A stretch of 60,538 nt of DNA from the IMG/VR virus record IMGVR_UViG_3300005095_000141, positions 1 to 60,538 of that record. One strand, written 5' to 3'. Shown here one piece after another: positions 8,039 to 17,548 of the stretch (its first letter is position 1; each line of letters begins with the position of its first letter). Below the pieces are notes generated by a model that ran no database searches, was not told the origin of the DNA, and saw only the letters and a program-made list of their open reading frames with translations. The DNA comes from a virus. Taxonomy: Duplodnaviria; Caudoviricetes. The position numbers and the translations under genes are program-made.

Positions 8039-8779
8039 ATGCCTGGTCTGAGTATTGCAGGGGATGAGCTTAAGGGTTTGTTCAAGCTGTTAAAGGAGCT
8101 TGGTGTTAGTGTGGCTGAGTTCAGGTTTGAGAATGGCCGTGTGTCGCTGTTCGGTATGGATGCCAGTAGGGTGTCTGCTGTTAAGTGGTATGCTGACGGT
8201 GTTGACGGCGAGGGTGTCTTTGCGATACCGATTGACCGTGTTGTTAAGTGGCTTGGACGCGTAGGTAAGAGCGAGGTGTCAGTGGAGTTTAAGGAGAACC
8301 GTGCTGTATTCCGTAGCGGTAGGCGGAGACTGTATGTGCCGTACAGTGCATCTAGCAATGAGTTCGAGGATGTTGCGCTGGAGCAGATTATTGAGAGCGT
8401 TGATAATGCGGCGCTCAGGGTTACCGGTAAGGAGTATAAGCAGGTTGTTGACACAGTGGTTGACTACCCGGAGGCGACGTTCGAGTTCCATACCGGTACT
8501 GATGAGAGGCTTGGCATTGTTGCTGACCAGTACAAGGGATACGTGATTGTTAGGGGAGAGGACGAGAGCGGCGTTAAGGAGGAAGCTGTGTTTGGATTGG
8601 AAGAGATTAACGACGAGTTCAGCATTAAGTTTTCGCCGGAGTACCTGAAGATGGGTAAGTACGTTGTTGATGCATGCAGTGTTGTTGATATAAGGTTTGA
8701 CGAGAACAAGCCGCTGGTAATGGTAGGCAGTACCGTTGGAGATAACAAGCTGTTCTACGTGGTGGCGCCCCGTGCCTGA
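8039..8779 (+). CDS. pcn: PCNA sliding clamp
   Basis: About 246 aa; GMDASRV, FSPEYL, ENKPL and the C-terminal VAPR are archaeal PCNA hallmarks. Confidence 0.9.
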   Translation: MPGLSIAGDELKGLFKLLKELGVSVAEFRFENGRVSLFGMDASRVSAVKWYADGVDGEGVFAIPIDRVVKWLGRVGKSEVSVEFKENRAVFRSGRRRLYVPYSASSNEFEDVALEQIIESVDNAALRVTGKEYKQVVDTVVDYPEATFEFHTGTDERLGIVADQYKGYVIVRGEDESGVKEEAVFGLEEINDEFSIKFSPEYLKMGKYVVDACSVVDIRFDENKPLVMVGSTVGDNKLFYVVAPRA

Positions 8780-9002
8780 TACCGGTGTTAAGCTTTTGAA
8801 TGCTAAGTGTTTTTCTGATAAGAAAGGGCGTAAAGTGTATGTTGCTGTGGCTGTTAAGGGAGAAGAGTTCAGCATTGTAATTGCAGGTGATAAGGGCGAT
8901 ATGGATGTCGGCGAGTGTATGGTTGTTGATGATATTGGGGAAGCTGTTATAAGGTATGTTGTTGATACGTATAAACATGGTGTTGGTGGTGCGGGTGCTT
9001 AA
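8772..9002 (+). CDS. Hypothetical protein
   Basis: Coupled ORF. Confidence 0.5.
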   Translation: MPDTGVKLLNAKCFSDKKGRKVYVAVAVKGEEFSIVIAGDKGDMDVGECMVVDDIGEAVIRYVVDTYKHGVGGAGA

Positions 9003-9222
9003 CAAGTACGACGTGCTTATAGTTGTGATTATAGCTGTTACCGTTATTGCGGCGCTTCTAATAGTGTTTAAGGGCAACGATGAGCTGGCGGCTGGATTGA
9101 TAACGGGTATTATTGGTACTGTGCTTGGGTATCTTACCGGTAAGAACAGCGGGGAGGAGACGGCTAGGCGCTTGCTAATGGGTTCTGGAGGTAAGGATGA
9201 GAAGAGAGGTGATGATAAGTGA
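8989..9222 (+). CDS. Small 2-TM membrane protein (holin-like)
   Basis: Two hydrophobic helices (VLIVVIIAVTVIAALLIVF; LAAGLITGIIGTVLGYL) and a charged tail. Confidence 0.6.
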   Translation: MRVLNKYDVLIVVIIAVTVIAALLIVFKGNDELAAGLITGIIGTVLGYLTGKNSGEETARRLLMGSGGKDEKRGDDK

Positions 9223-9809
9223 AAGACCGTGCTATGATTAACCACCGTGTTTTGACCCGTATATACAAGATGCTTAGGCAGAGACGTGGTGTTGACGCTG
9301 TAGAGTTTGCCCGTTCGCTGTGGTTTGCCTATGCACGTTTTACTGTGTTGAGGCAGTCTGCACGTATGCAGTTGAAACGTATGCTTGACGCTATTAGTGG
9401 CGGTAAGCCTGTTGTTAGCAAGGTTCTGCGTGAAGCGCTTAGTATTGTTACTGCGCCTGAGCTACCGAGCGGTGCCGTATCGTATGTTCAGAAGAAGTTT
9501 AACGAGGAGCCGACGCTTAGTAATTTAGCGGCTATTGTACTGGCAGGTCAGAGGCCGGACGTGGAGTTTAAGCTGTACAGGGACGCTGTTGACACTGTTA
9601 TTGAGAAGTACGGTGCGCCTGCACGTTATTTGCTTGGAGACGATACTGTTCCGACTGATGTTGTTATAGCTACGCCGGAGACATGGGTGCTTGTACGGAA
9701 CTGGAAGTATGTTGTGGTTGAAAGACCTCGCAAGAAGAAGAGTAGGAAGAAGAAGAAAAAGACCGGCAGTACCGGTGCTGAGGAGGTGACTGATAGTGGC
9801 TCTGCCTAA
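9219..9809 (+). CDS. Hypothetical protein with a Lys-rich tail
   Basis: GAGGTG RBS; PRKKKSRKKKKK. Confidence 0.7.
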   Translation: MKDRAMINHRVLTRIYKMLRQRRGVDAVEFARSLWFAYARFTVLRQSARMQLKRMLDAISGGKPVVSKVLREALSIVTAPELPSGAVSYVQKKFNEEPTLSNLAAIVLAGQRPDVEFKLYRDAVDTVIEKYGAPARYLLGDDTVPTDVVIATPETWVLVRNWKYVVVERPRKKKSRKKKKKTGSTGAEEVTDSGSA

Positions 9810-9913
9810 GGATAAGGTTGTTGTTGTGGGGGAGGGTAAGAGGATTGTTTTTATACGTGGGTGTCCCGACGGTTCTTGTAGGCGGGACGGTAAGCGGGTG
9901 TTTTTTGTTTCTG

Positions 9914-10612
9914 ATGTTTTTGCTTGTTGAACTGTATGGTGGAGTGCCTGTTGTAGGTTCTGGTCTTGGGACGCTAGGGGTTGTAGTACCGTTTAGTGAT
10001 GGTTTCTACGGTGTTTCTGCCGGGCATGTATTGGCAGATGTTTTTACCGGTAGTTCGTATGACGTGTATTTGCCGGGAGATGGACGTGTAGGATATACCG
10101 TGTACTATACTGGTTTGAGACGGGAGAAGCGTTTTCTTGGAGTGTTTTACCGGTTCTTTGCATGGCTGTGCAATGTGTTTGGGAGTGGAGACCCTATAAG
10201 CCTTGGAAATACCGTTGATTACGGAGTGTTTAGGATTGACGGCAGGGTTGGTGTTAGGCCGTTCGTTGTTGGTGATGGAAGGCGGTTCTACGACCTTAGA
10301 GAGAGACGTATTGTAGGCATGGTGTTTGCAGGGGCTGTTGGTTTGTCTGGCAAGGTGTTTTTCTACGTGCCTTACCGGAGGTTTGCCGATATGTATGGCG
10401 GTGTGCTTAGTGGTTTTGAAGAATATGTGCCTGTATCTGGAGATGTTGTAAGGTTCTGCGGTGTTAGTGGTTGTCACGAGGGAGTTGTGCTTGATACTGA
10501 TGTATGGGTTAGGATACGTTTTTACGGCGGTGTGTCTGCATTGTTTAGCGGTGTAGGGGCTGTTAGCGGGGAGTTCGAGATAGGTGATAGTGGGGCGATT
10601 GTTTTTACCTAG
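9914..10612 (+). CDS. Trypsin-like serine protease (the true 5' end may be the small ORF 9796..9930 via a frameshift)
   Basis: GTLG...SAGHVL...DYGVF...GDSG catalytic triad motifs. Confidence 0.75.
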   Translation: MFLLVELYGGVPVVGSGLGTLGVVVPFSDGFYGVSAGHVLADVFTGSSYDVYLPGDGRVGYTVYYTGLRREKRFLGVFYRFFAWLCNVFGSGDPISLGNTVDYGVFRIDGRVGVRPFVVGDGRRFYDLRERRIVGMVFAGAVGLSGKVFFYVPYRRFADMYGGVLSGFEEYVPVSGDVVRFCGVSGCHEGVVLDTDVWVRIRFYGGVSALFSGVGAVSGEFEIGDSGAIVFT

Positions 10613-10664
10613 TATGTGCTTTGTATATAACGGAGGTACTAGTAACTAGTATGGGCGCTAGGAA

Positions 10665-10856
10665 ATGATTGACCCCGTTGCGTTTCTTGTTGTTATACTG
10701 GCCGTTATTCTTGGTGCAGGTGCAGGAGTGTTGATAATGGTTGAGTCTGTGCGTGTTATGCTTAAATGCATGTTTACCGGTGACTGCTATGACGATAAAG
10801 AGTATGATGAGCAGGAAGACGATGAGGGATGGCTTGCTTCTGAGAGCAATGCTTAA
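10665..10856 (+). CDS. Small membrane protein with an acidic tail
   Basis: N-terminal TM helix. Confidence 0.55.
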   Translation: MIDPVAFLVVILAVILGAGAGVLIMVESVRVMLKCMFTGDCYDDKEYDEQEDDEGWLASESNA

Positions 10857-10895
10857 GACCTGTTCTTGCAATACCGTTATTTAGGTGCGTGTATT

Positions 10896-11753
10896 ATGCT
10901 GTCGGCTTCTGCATCAGCCTGTATAAACGATGTATGCACGGAGCACCACAGCCCGACCAGTACGTTATTGGGTAAGATAGCAAGCGAGCTTGGAAGCGAT
11001 GGAAGTACCGCTATTGTAGGCACGATTGACAAGATTGTGCTTGCATACTATGACAGTAGCAGTGGCAATACTACCGAGTACAGTGATTTGAGCTGGAGCG
11101 TTGCTACGTCTGACTGGACAACAGGTACTGGGATACAGTGTACCGATACGAATAGTGATGGCTTGGCAGATACATGTACCGTTGGTACGAACTACGTGTG
11201 TAAAACAGCTACTGTAAGCGGTGCAAAGACAGTTAATAGGCTGAGAGCATATAGCGGAACAGACCTGTACTTCGAGATAAGCTTTACCGATACGTCGCTT
11301 GCAGACCAGCAAGAGGTAAAGGTATGCTTCTATGTAGGTGCTAAGATGGTTGTTGACGGAGCTAATACCACGTTCAGCAAGGTAGCTATTAATGACCATG
11401 TATATACGCAGGCGCTTAGGGACAGGCTTACAGTAGGAAGCAGTACGAAGCTGGCAGTTGTTACAGCCAAGTTCTTTGACAGCGGTGGAAACGCTATTAG
11501 TGGCTCGTTAACGATTAACAGGAGTGTAAGCGGTACGACTGCTACTGTGAACCTGTTGTTTACGCCTGACGGTACTACTGGAAATACGACAGCAGTATTT
11601 AGTGTGAACGTGTTCCCGGACACTACGAATACGACGAGTAGCGATGGGCTTGAATTCAGCCTTGTTGACCCCAGCACGAATACGAGCGAGTACAACGTTG
11701 TACAGGGAGTTACGAACCAGCTAGACATAGTGTTTGAGGTGAGTAGCTCGTGA
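10896..11753 (+). CDS. Putative virion structural protein (S/T-rich, beta)
   Basis: Composition and position at the start of the tail module. Confidence 0.6.
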   Translation: MLSASASACINDVCTEHHSPTSTLLGKIASELGSDGSTAIVGTIDKIVLAYYDSSSGNTTEYSDLSWSVATSDWTTGTGIQCTDTNSDGLADTCTVGTNYVCKTATVSGAKTVNRLRAYSGTDLYFEISFTDTSLADQQEVKVCFYVGAKMVVDGANTTFSKVAINDHVYTQALRDRLTVGSSTKLAVVTAKFFDSGGNAISGSLTINRSVSGTTATVNLLFTPDGTTGNTTAVFSVNVFPDTTNTTSSDGLEFSLVDPSTNTSEYNVVQGVTNQLDIVFEVSSS

Positions 11754-12475
11754 CGGTGGTTAAGCCGGAGATAACGGTTACTGTTGGAGATGAGACTGTA
11801 GGTGCTTTGCACCAGAGCTTTACAAGTACGTTTCAGAGTGACTTTATAGGTGAACTGGTGAATGCTACGAAGACGCTTGGCGTTATTGATACTGTTGTTC
11901 TTAACGGGAGCGATACGATAAGCAGTGTTACGTGGTCGCTTGTTGATAGTGGAAGCGGTTATGCCACGTTTAGAACCAGTGTTACGACCAGTATTAACGG
12001 GCAGATAACGAGTATTGAGCTGAAAAGCGGTACTAAGAGCTATGCTTCTGCAACTATTACTGGGCCGAACGTTAAGTCTGGGTGGAAAATAGTTATTGAC
12101 GTAAAGGTTAGCTGGTCTGAAAGCGCTAGTGTAGGCCCTGGAGGTAGCATTACCGGTGTTGGTGACTGGATGCTTCAGAGTCTGCAGGAGATATTTGGCA
12201 CTGCTACCCGTACGGGTATATGGTTTAGTGCGGCGGCGGCATACCAGCTTGTAAACGATACGCCGACCAAGATAGCAGATATGAGCATAAGCAGGTCGAA
12301 CCCGGCAAGCGATACTGCTGAATATGTGTTTTCGACTACGACCGGCGGTAGCATTAACTATATTGAGATTACGACGTATAATGGGAAGAAGATTGACATT
12401 AACTTTACCAGTGCACAGGAATTCGTTAGTGGTTTGACGAACAAGGTAGTGTTTGACGTTAAGCTGAGTGTGTAA
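11750..12475 (+). CDS. Putative virion structural protein, probable paralogue of the preceding gene
   Basis: Shared motifs G.ID.[IV]VL, WS and G[VL]TN...[IV]. Confidence 0.6.
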   Translation: MTVVKPEITVTVGDETVGALHQSFTSTFQSDFIGELVNATKTLGVIDTVVLNGSDTISSVTWSLVDSGSGYATFRTSVTTSINGQITSIELKSGTKSYASATITGPNVKSGWKIVIDVKVSWSESASVGPGGSITGVGDWMLQSLQEIFGTATRTGIWFSAAAAYQLVNDTPTKIADMSISRSNPASDTAEYVFSTTTGGSINYIEITTYNGKKIDINFTSAQEFVSGLTNKVVFDVKLSV

Positions 12476-12497
12476 GCATTGTAGATAGTGACTTGCA

Positions 12498-13745
12498 TTG
12501 ACGCTGTATTACTGGACGAGCAATACCGGTACTGTGAACGGTATAAGTGCGTATTTGCTTAGCACGACGAACAGCAGTAGTTCTGTAGAGGTTTATGGTG
12601 CGGCTGTTACCGTTGAGTTTGTAATAGTTGCTAGTGACGGTACTGTTACGAGTGTGGAGAGCAAGACTGTTTCTACGACTAGTGTGACGCCGGTGCAGAA
12701 CACATATACGTTTGCTGTTAGCGGTAAAGTAGTTAAGTCTGGGGAGGCATGGGGTTTTAAGGTAAGCGGGGACAGTGGTACTGCATATATTTTGTCGAGT
12801 GCCGCTACTGCTGACTTTGGATTTACTGCTGATGCCGACCTTCACGTATGGGTTAGCTATGACAGTTACAGTGGCAACACGTATGTTATGTGGGGAGACA
12901 GCACCTACGATACTAGTGTTGACGTAAGCATTGGGTACCCGGCAAACATTAGCTGTAGCGATACGATAACGGTGTCTGACGCATATACTGTTACGAGCGG
13001 TAGATACGGTAAATGCGCTGTTAAGCCGATACCTACCGACAGCCATGGATTGACAAAGAGCTATATTTCTAGGTGTTCAGACAGCATTAGCATTAGTGAT
13101 GCATACAGTTTTACAGCAGGTAAGTACGGAAAATGCACAGTTAAACCGATGCCGACGGACAGCTACGGCATTACGACCGCATACATTACTAGATGCTCTG
13201 ATACTGTAAGCATTGCAGACAGCTATAGCTTTAAGACTGGAATATATGGGAAGTGCGCAGTTAAGCCGGTGCCGACAGATGACTACCGGATACTGTTCCC
13301 TGCGAATATAAAGACGAGCGACGAGATAACGATTACAGACAGCTACAGCTTCGGAGTAGGTAAGTACAGCAAGTGTGCCGTGACGTTTGCACCTACAGAC
13401 AGCTACAAGATGTTGTTTCCGGCGAACATTAGTGTGACAGACACAATAAGCATTAGCGACGCATACAGCTTCATAATAGGTAGGGCAGGGGCACTGTACT
13501 TAGACCTGAGCCTTACAGATACATGCACAGTACGTGGAGCAGTAACGATAATAGCAAGTGACGAGATAAGCCTTTCAGACCAGTACCTGATATATGCGGG
13601 CCAGTACCGTATAGCACTGTGGTTTGCACCGACAGACCTGATAACAGGTGATTTTCTAGCAAATGCAATAGCTGTTGTGTTTACGCCGTTCGAGTTCCAG
13701 AAGAACAATATGAGGAAGTTCGGGTGTGGAAGATTATTATCTTGA
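12498..13745 (+). CDS. Fibre-like structural protein with six 40-aa tandem repeats
   Basis: SD.I.[IV]SD.Y....G.Y.KC.V...PTD repeats with an exact 120-bp period from about 12942 to 13660. Confidence 0.75.
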   Translation: MTLYYWTSNTGTVNGISAYLLSTTNSSSSVEVYGAAVTVEFVIVASDGTVTSVESKTVSTTSVTPVQNTYTFAVSGKVVKSGEAWGFKVSGDSGTAYILSSAATADFGFTADADLHVWVSYDSYSGNTYVMWGDSTYDTSVDVSIGYPANISCSDTITVSDAYTVTSGRYGKCAVKPIPTDSHGLTKSYISRCSDSISISDAYSFTAGKYGKCTVKPMPTDSYGITTAYITRCSDTVSIADSYSFKTGIYGKCAVKPVPTDDYRILFPANIKTSDEITITDSYSFGVGKYSKCAVTFAPTDSYKMLFPANISVTDTISISDAYSFIIGRAGALYLDLSLTDTCTVRGAVTIIASDEISLSDQYLIYAGQYRIALWFAPTDLITGDFLANAIAVVFTPFEFQKNNMRKFGCGRLLS

Positions 13746-13774
13746 TGAAGCATAGTATGTAGTGGTGGATAAAA

Positions 13775-14212
13775 GTGCTTGGAGTACTTGAAGCGCTTAG
13801 GGAACGCATTGATGGACTGCTGAGCAGATACGGTATTGACCACGAAATAGTGGAGTACGGTGCGTTTAAGCAGTTGAACCCTACCCGTGAAGTAACGGTT
13901 GTTATTAGAGCTAGGGATGAACGTGTGTCCCCTGCTGGTATTGGTTTTAAACTGTTTGAGCGTGAAGGAACTGTTGAGCTGGTAGTGTATGTCCAGAGGA
14001 CGATGCCCGGAGCAACGAATGCTAGTCTGGAAGAATGTAGTGACAGGCTTGACTATATTATTGCTTTGATAATGAATGATTTTTCCCGTAACGCCGTTAT
14101 TGGCAAATATGTTATTTCGTATATTGACAGGGTTGCACCGAACTATAGTGAATTCGGATACTGTGTGGAGGTGCTTGAAATAAGCTTAAAGAGGTATGAC
14201 GCTATACAATGA
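13775..14212 (+). CDS. Putative tail terminator / neck protein
   Basis: About 145 aa immediately before the tail tube; typical synteny. Confidence 0.55.
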   Translation: MLGVLEALRERIDGLLSRYGIDHEIVEYGAFKQLNPTREVTVVIRARDERVSPAGIGFKLFEREGTVELVVYVQRTMPGATNASLEECSDRLDYIIALIMNDFSRNAVIGKYVISYIDRVAPNYSEFGYCVEVLEISLKRYDAIQ

Positions 14213-14229
14213 CATGGAGAGGTGGTTAG

Positions 14230-15225
14230 ATGAGTGCTACAGGTGGATTTGTCCCGATAACAGGCAATGTAGTTGACATGGAGTACTGGTACGAGGATAC
14301 GTTTGCCGGTGGGGGCACTGTAAAGAGGAGATTTGGGCATGCACAGAGAATAGACAGGATAAGCATAAGCAGAGAGTATGAGCGCATATACAAGCTTGGA
14401 AGCAGGCAGTACGTTGCGAACATACCGATGAGATGGGGGATAGACTTTTCTGTTGCAGGGATACTGAGCGACCCGTACATACTGGAGTTCTTTCTGAAGC
14501 CGAACGTAGATACGAGTTCTACGCCAGCAACGCTTAACGGATACGTATTTGATAACGAATGGATTAGGAGTGGAGTAGTTGATTTATGGGTTAAAGGAGC
14601 GAGTGCAATAGAAAAAGTAGAGATAGCAGGCTTTGTGCCTAGGACGCTTAGTCTTAACATAAGGAACGGCGAGACCGTAGAGTTTACACTTGACGGTGTA
14701 GCGGCTAAGATAAGCAAGACGACCGATACTGCGTTACCGTCTGTAACGGTTGACAGTAGCAGTGGATTGGGAGACACTAGTGACGTGATACATACATACT
14801 GGGGTGCAAGCATAGGGTTTGGCAGTGATTCCAGCCTTAGCGAGGGAAGCAACATAATAGTAAGCAGTATGACGATGAGGATAAACCAGAACCCGAACAT
14901 GGTATTTGTAGTTGGAAGCGATGTAGCTAAGACCGTGTTTCTACGCCAGTTCGTAGTTACCGGTAGTGTGACTGCATATATTACTGATTTGAAGACGCTT
15001 GACAAGATACTGAACAACGAGAACATAGCTGAGATAGATGTGACGCTTACAGGCATAGGACTGGATGGGAGCACGTCCAGCAAGACAATAACGATTAAGC
15101 TGACAGATATTGTGAAGATTGAGAACCTGAGCTATACGATACAGCCGAACAACGCAGTTACAGTAAGCTTTGACTATGCGGCCAGCAACATAAGTGTGAC
15201 GACAAGCGGATACCTGTACTACTAG
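14230..15225 (+). CDS. Major tail tube protein
   Basis: E.TF.G, IYKLGSR, FVVGS and VTGSVT motifs; precedes the chaperones and tape measure. Confidence 0.75.
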   Translation: MSATGGFVPITGNVVDMEYWYEDTFAGGGTVKRRFGHAQRIDRISISREYERIYKLGSRQYVANIPMRWGIDFSVAGILSDPYILEFFLKPNVDTSSTPATLNGYVFDNEWIRSGVVDLWVKGASAIEKVEIAGFVPRTLSLNIRNGETVEFTLDGVAAKISKTTDTALPSVTVDSSSGLGDTSDVIHTYWGASIGFGSDSSLSEGSNIIVSSMTMRINQNPNMVFVVGSDVAKTVFLRQFVVTGSVTAYITDLKTLDKILNNENIAEIDVTLTGIGLDGSTSSKTITIKLTDIVKIENLSYTIQPNNAVTVSFDYAASNISVTTSGYLYY

Positions 15226-15249
15226 TCTGTGCTTTGACAATAATGGTGT

Positions 15250-15543
15250 ATGGAAATGAGGCAGGCAGAAGTAGAGATTGAATGGGAAGGCAGAAAGGAG
15301 ACAGTAGTGGTTAGGGAGCTGACGTTCGGAGAGCATAACGAGGTACTGAGCAAGTCGCTGAAAGTACGGAATGTAGGCGGTCTTTCACAGGTTGACTTCG
15401 ATATAGCGACATACCGGAAAGAAGTTATGAAGAAGGCGATTGTGAAGGCGCCGTTCGATAAGAACAGGATTGACGATATACCGCTTAGCGTTGCCAATAA
15501 GATATGGGAGAAGATTGCAGAGCTGAACCCTTTGATGGAGTAA
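15250..15543 (+). CDS. Tail assembly chaperone (gpG-like)
   Basis: VRELTFGE motif; lies between tube and tape measure; slippery site at its 3' end. Confidence 0.8.
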   Translation: MEMRQAEVEIEWEGRKETVVVRELTFGEHNEVLSKSLKVRNVGGLSQVDFDIATYRKEVMKKAIVKAPFDKNRIDDIPLSVANKIWEKIAELNPLME

Positions 15544-15707
15544 CGCTTAACGAGAGGGAGAGAGCTAGGTATGAGGCATACTATGTTTTTGCACGGGAAT
15601 TCGGATGGACGCCGGAGCAAGTTGATGATTTGCCGGTGACTGTACTGGTGTTTCTGCTGAACAAGATACGGGAGGAGCGTGAACGGATAAAGAGGATTTC
15701 CGGGTAG
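15528..15707 (+). CDS. Tail assembly chaperone extension (gpGT-like, -1 frameshift product)
   Basis: -1 frame after C CCT TTG (15528-15534); FGWTPEQVDDLP is a typical gpT motif. Confidence 0.8.
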   Translation, partial: PFDGVTLNERERARYEAYYVFAREFGWTPEQVDDLPVTVLVFLLNKIREERERIKRISG

Positions 15708-15753
15708 AAAAATATATGGTGTTTGAAGCCAATATTTTTATGCAGGTGGTTAA

Positions 15754-17100
15754 ATGCCGGTAAGAGCACGTTTGCCTAATTTGTCCAGCCGGGATATACC
15801 GGAGCTACGGACTGTTATGCGTGTTTTGGAGAACGGACGTGTGTTTCTGCGTATGGAGAGGATACTGGAGTTTATGAAGCGTATAAGCATTAGGCTTAGT
15901 CGTAGAGAGGAGACGGAGATTAGACGTAGGGGTCTGCTTCTTATTGCTATTGACAAGATTGTTAAGACTGTGGGTGATATTAGCCGTACTATGGACAGCT
16001 ATATGCAGACTACACGGCGTTTGCCCCGTATGTTTGTTGATATGATGCTTGCACGTAGCAGTGCGTTTCTGCACGGCATGACATACGGCATTACCAGTAT
16101 AGCCAGAGCACAGGAGAAAATAGCGTTTATGATTGGCGGAGTGTTTAACCTGCTTGCACCGATTGCACCGTACGCTATTTACTTTGTGTATTTGACCGAT
16201 AGTGTTGCCATGATATACAAGCAGGTAACGGCGATAACGGAGAGCGTTAGGCTGTTCTTCGGCGTACTTAGACGTGTGTATAGTGTGTTCGGTAAGCCGG
16301 TCATTGCGTTTCTGCGTAGAATACTGTTGGCGATACTGAGTATTGAAACATTGCAAAAAATTAAGCTTGTAAGAGATTTATTTAGTAAAGGTGTTGGAAA
16401 GATAGCTTCTGCTATTGGTGCTGGTACTGGTGTTGCTATTCTTTCCCGGATAAGTACAACACTTGCTGGTATTGCTTCGTCTTTAGGGGGGTTATTGCTG
16501 ATTATTACTATGATTGTTACTGCTGGTGGTAAGATAGCTGAGGCTATGGGTGTTACTGCGTCTGGACTGGAGCGTGAAAGCAGGCAGTTGCTTGTAAAGG
16601 GTAACTGGTTTGCGGCTGGAGTAGCTAATCTTGCTTATACTGTATGGGTATGGGGAGACCAGGCTAAACAGTATTTGGAGAAGAACGTACCGGTTATTGG
16701 GTGGTTGCTTGGTAATTTTGCACAGGGACTAGCGCATGGAGTCAGTATGATACTGAATGCGTTTGCAGGGCTGTTCGACCTGTTTGGATGGATACGTGAT
16801 AAGATAGTGTCCGGAGTTATGTCTGTGTGGAACGCAATACTGGGGCTTAGCAAGATTGTTATGAACGCTATTAATTCGTTGATTGCACCGCTTAGGGGAT
16901 TAGCAGATGCTATACGTGGTGTTGCTACTGGTGGAACTGATGTGTGGGGTGCTATTGCTGGTCTTGGAAAGGAGATAGCTGATGCGGTGTCTAGGGCTGT
17001 TCGTGGCATAGGCATAACGGTTAATGTAAGCGGGGGAGGAAGCGCTACTGGGTCTGCTACGTTGGGCGCTGGAATACTTGATTTGTTTGGTGTGCCTTGA
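15754..17100 (+). CDS. Tape measure protein (short, 448 aa)
   Basis: Amphipathic helical, G/A/I-rich with periodic W/F; follows the chaperones. Confidence 0.75.
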   Translation: MPVRARLPNLSSRDIPELRTVMRVLENGRVFLRMERILEFMKRISIRLSRREETEIRRRGLLLIAIDKIVKTVGDISRTMDSYMQTTRRLPRMFVDMMLARSSAFLHGMTYGITSIARAQEKIAFMIGGVFNLLAPIAPYAIYFVYLTDSVAMIYKQVTAITESVRLFFGVLRRVYSVFGKPVIAFLRRILLAILSIETLQKIKLVRDLFSKGVGKIASAIGAGTGVAILSRISTTLAGIASSLGGLLLIITMIVTAGGKIAEAMGVTASGLERESRQLLVKGNWFAAGVANLAYTVWVWGDQAKQYLEKNVPVIGWLLGNFAQGLAHGVSMILNAFAGLFDLFGWIRDKIVSGVMSVWNAILGLSKIVMNAINSLIAPLRGLADAIRGVATGGTDVWGAIAGLGKEIADAVSRAVRGIGITVNVSGGGSATGSATLGAGILDLFGVP

Positions 17101-17111
17101 GGTGGTAAGAC

Positions 17112-17546
17112 ATGTTTGTACGCATAGTTAAGGGGAAAAGCACGGATACGAACGTGTGTACCGACACTAGTACGTACCCGACGTTCGAGATAAAGAATAC
17201 TGTAGGGCTTGAAGTGGAGAACAAGGTGAACTTCGCCGTTAATATAGGGATGCCGGGGGCTGTGCCGGAGAACAGGATACTGATTAACCTTGGAGGAGGC
17301 GAGATGCAACTTAGAGTTACAGGCGTTGTTACCGGTGTTGCGGCTAACCTGCAGACAATACTGGGTAAGGTGCATGATTTTGTAAGCTATGGAGTTAACG
17401 ATGACCGTGTTCTCTGCATACTGAGTGATGATGGCAGTACTGTTATTGCTAAGTACCCCGGACGTGTAAGCACGATACGTGCGACTGTTAAGGGCGGAGA
17501 GGACGTTATTGACTTGGCTGTGTCGTTTATTGTTGCGGCTGACTAG
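17112..17546 (+). CDS. Putative distal tail protein
   Basis: Synteny after the tape measure; beta-rich. Confidence 0.5.
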   Translation: MFVRIVKGKSTDTNVCTDTSTYPTFEIKNTVGLEVENKVNFAVNIGMPGAVPENRILINLGGGEMQLRVTGVVTGVAANLQTILGKVHDFVSYGVNDDRVLCILSDDGSTVIAKYPGRVSTIRATVKGGEDVIDLAVSFIVAAD

Positions 17547-17548
17547 CG

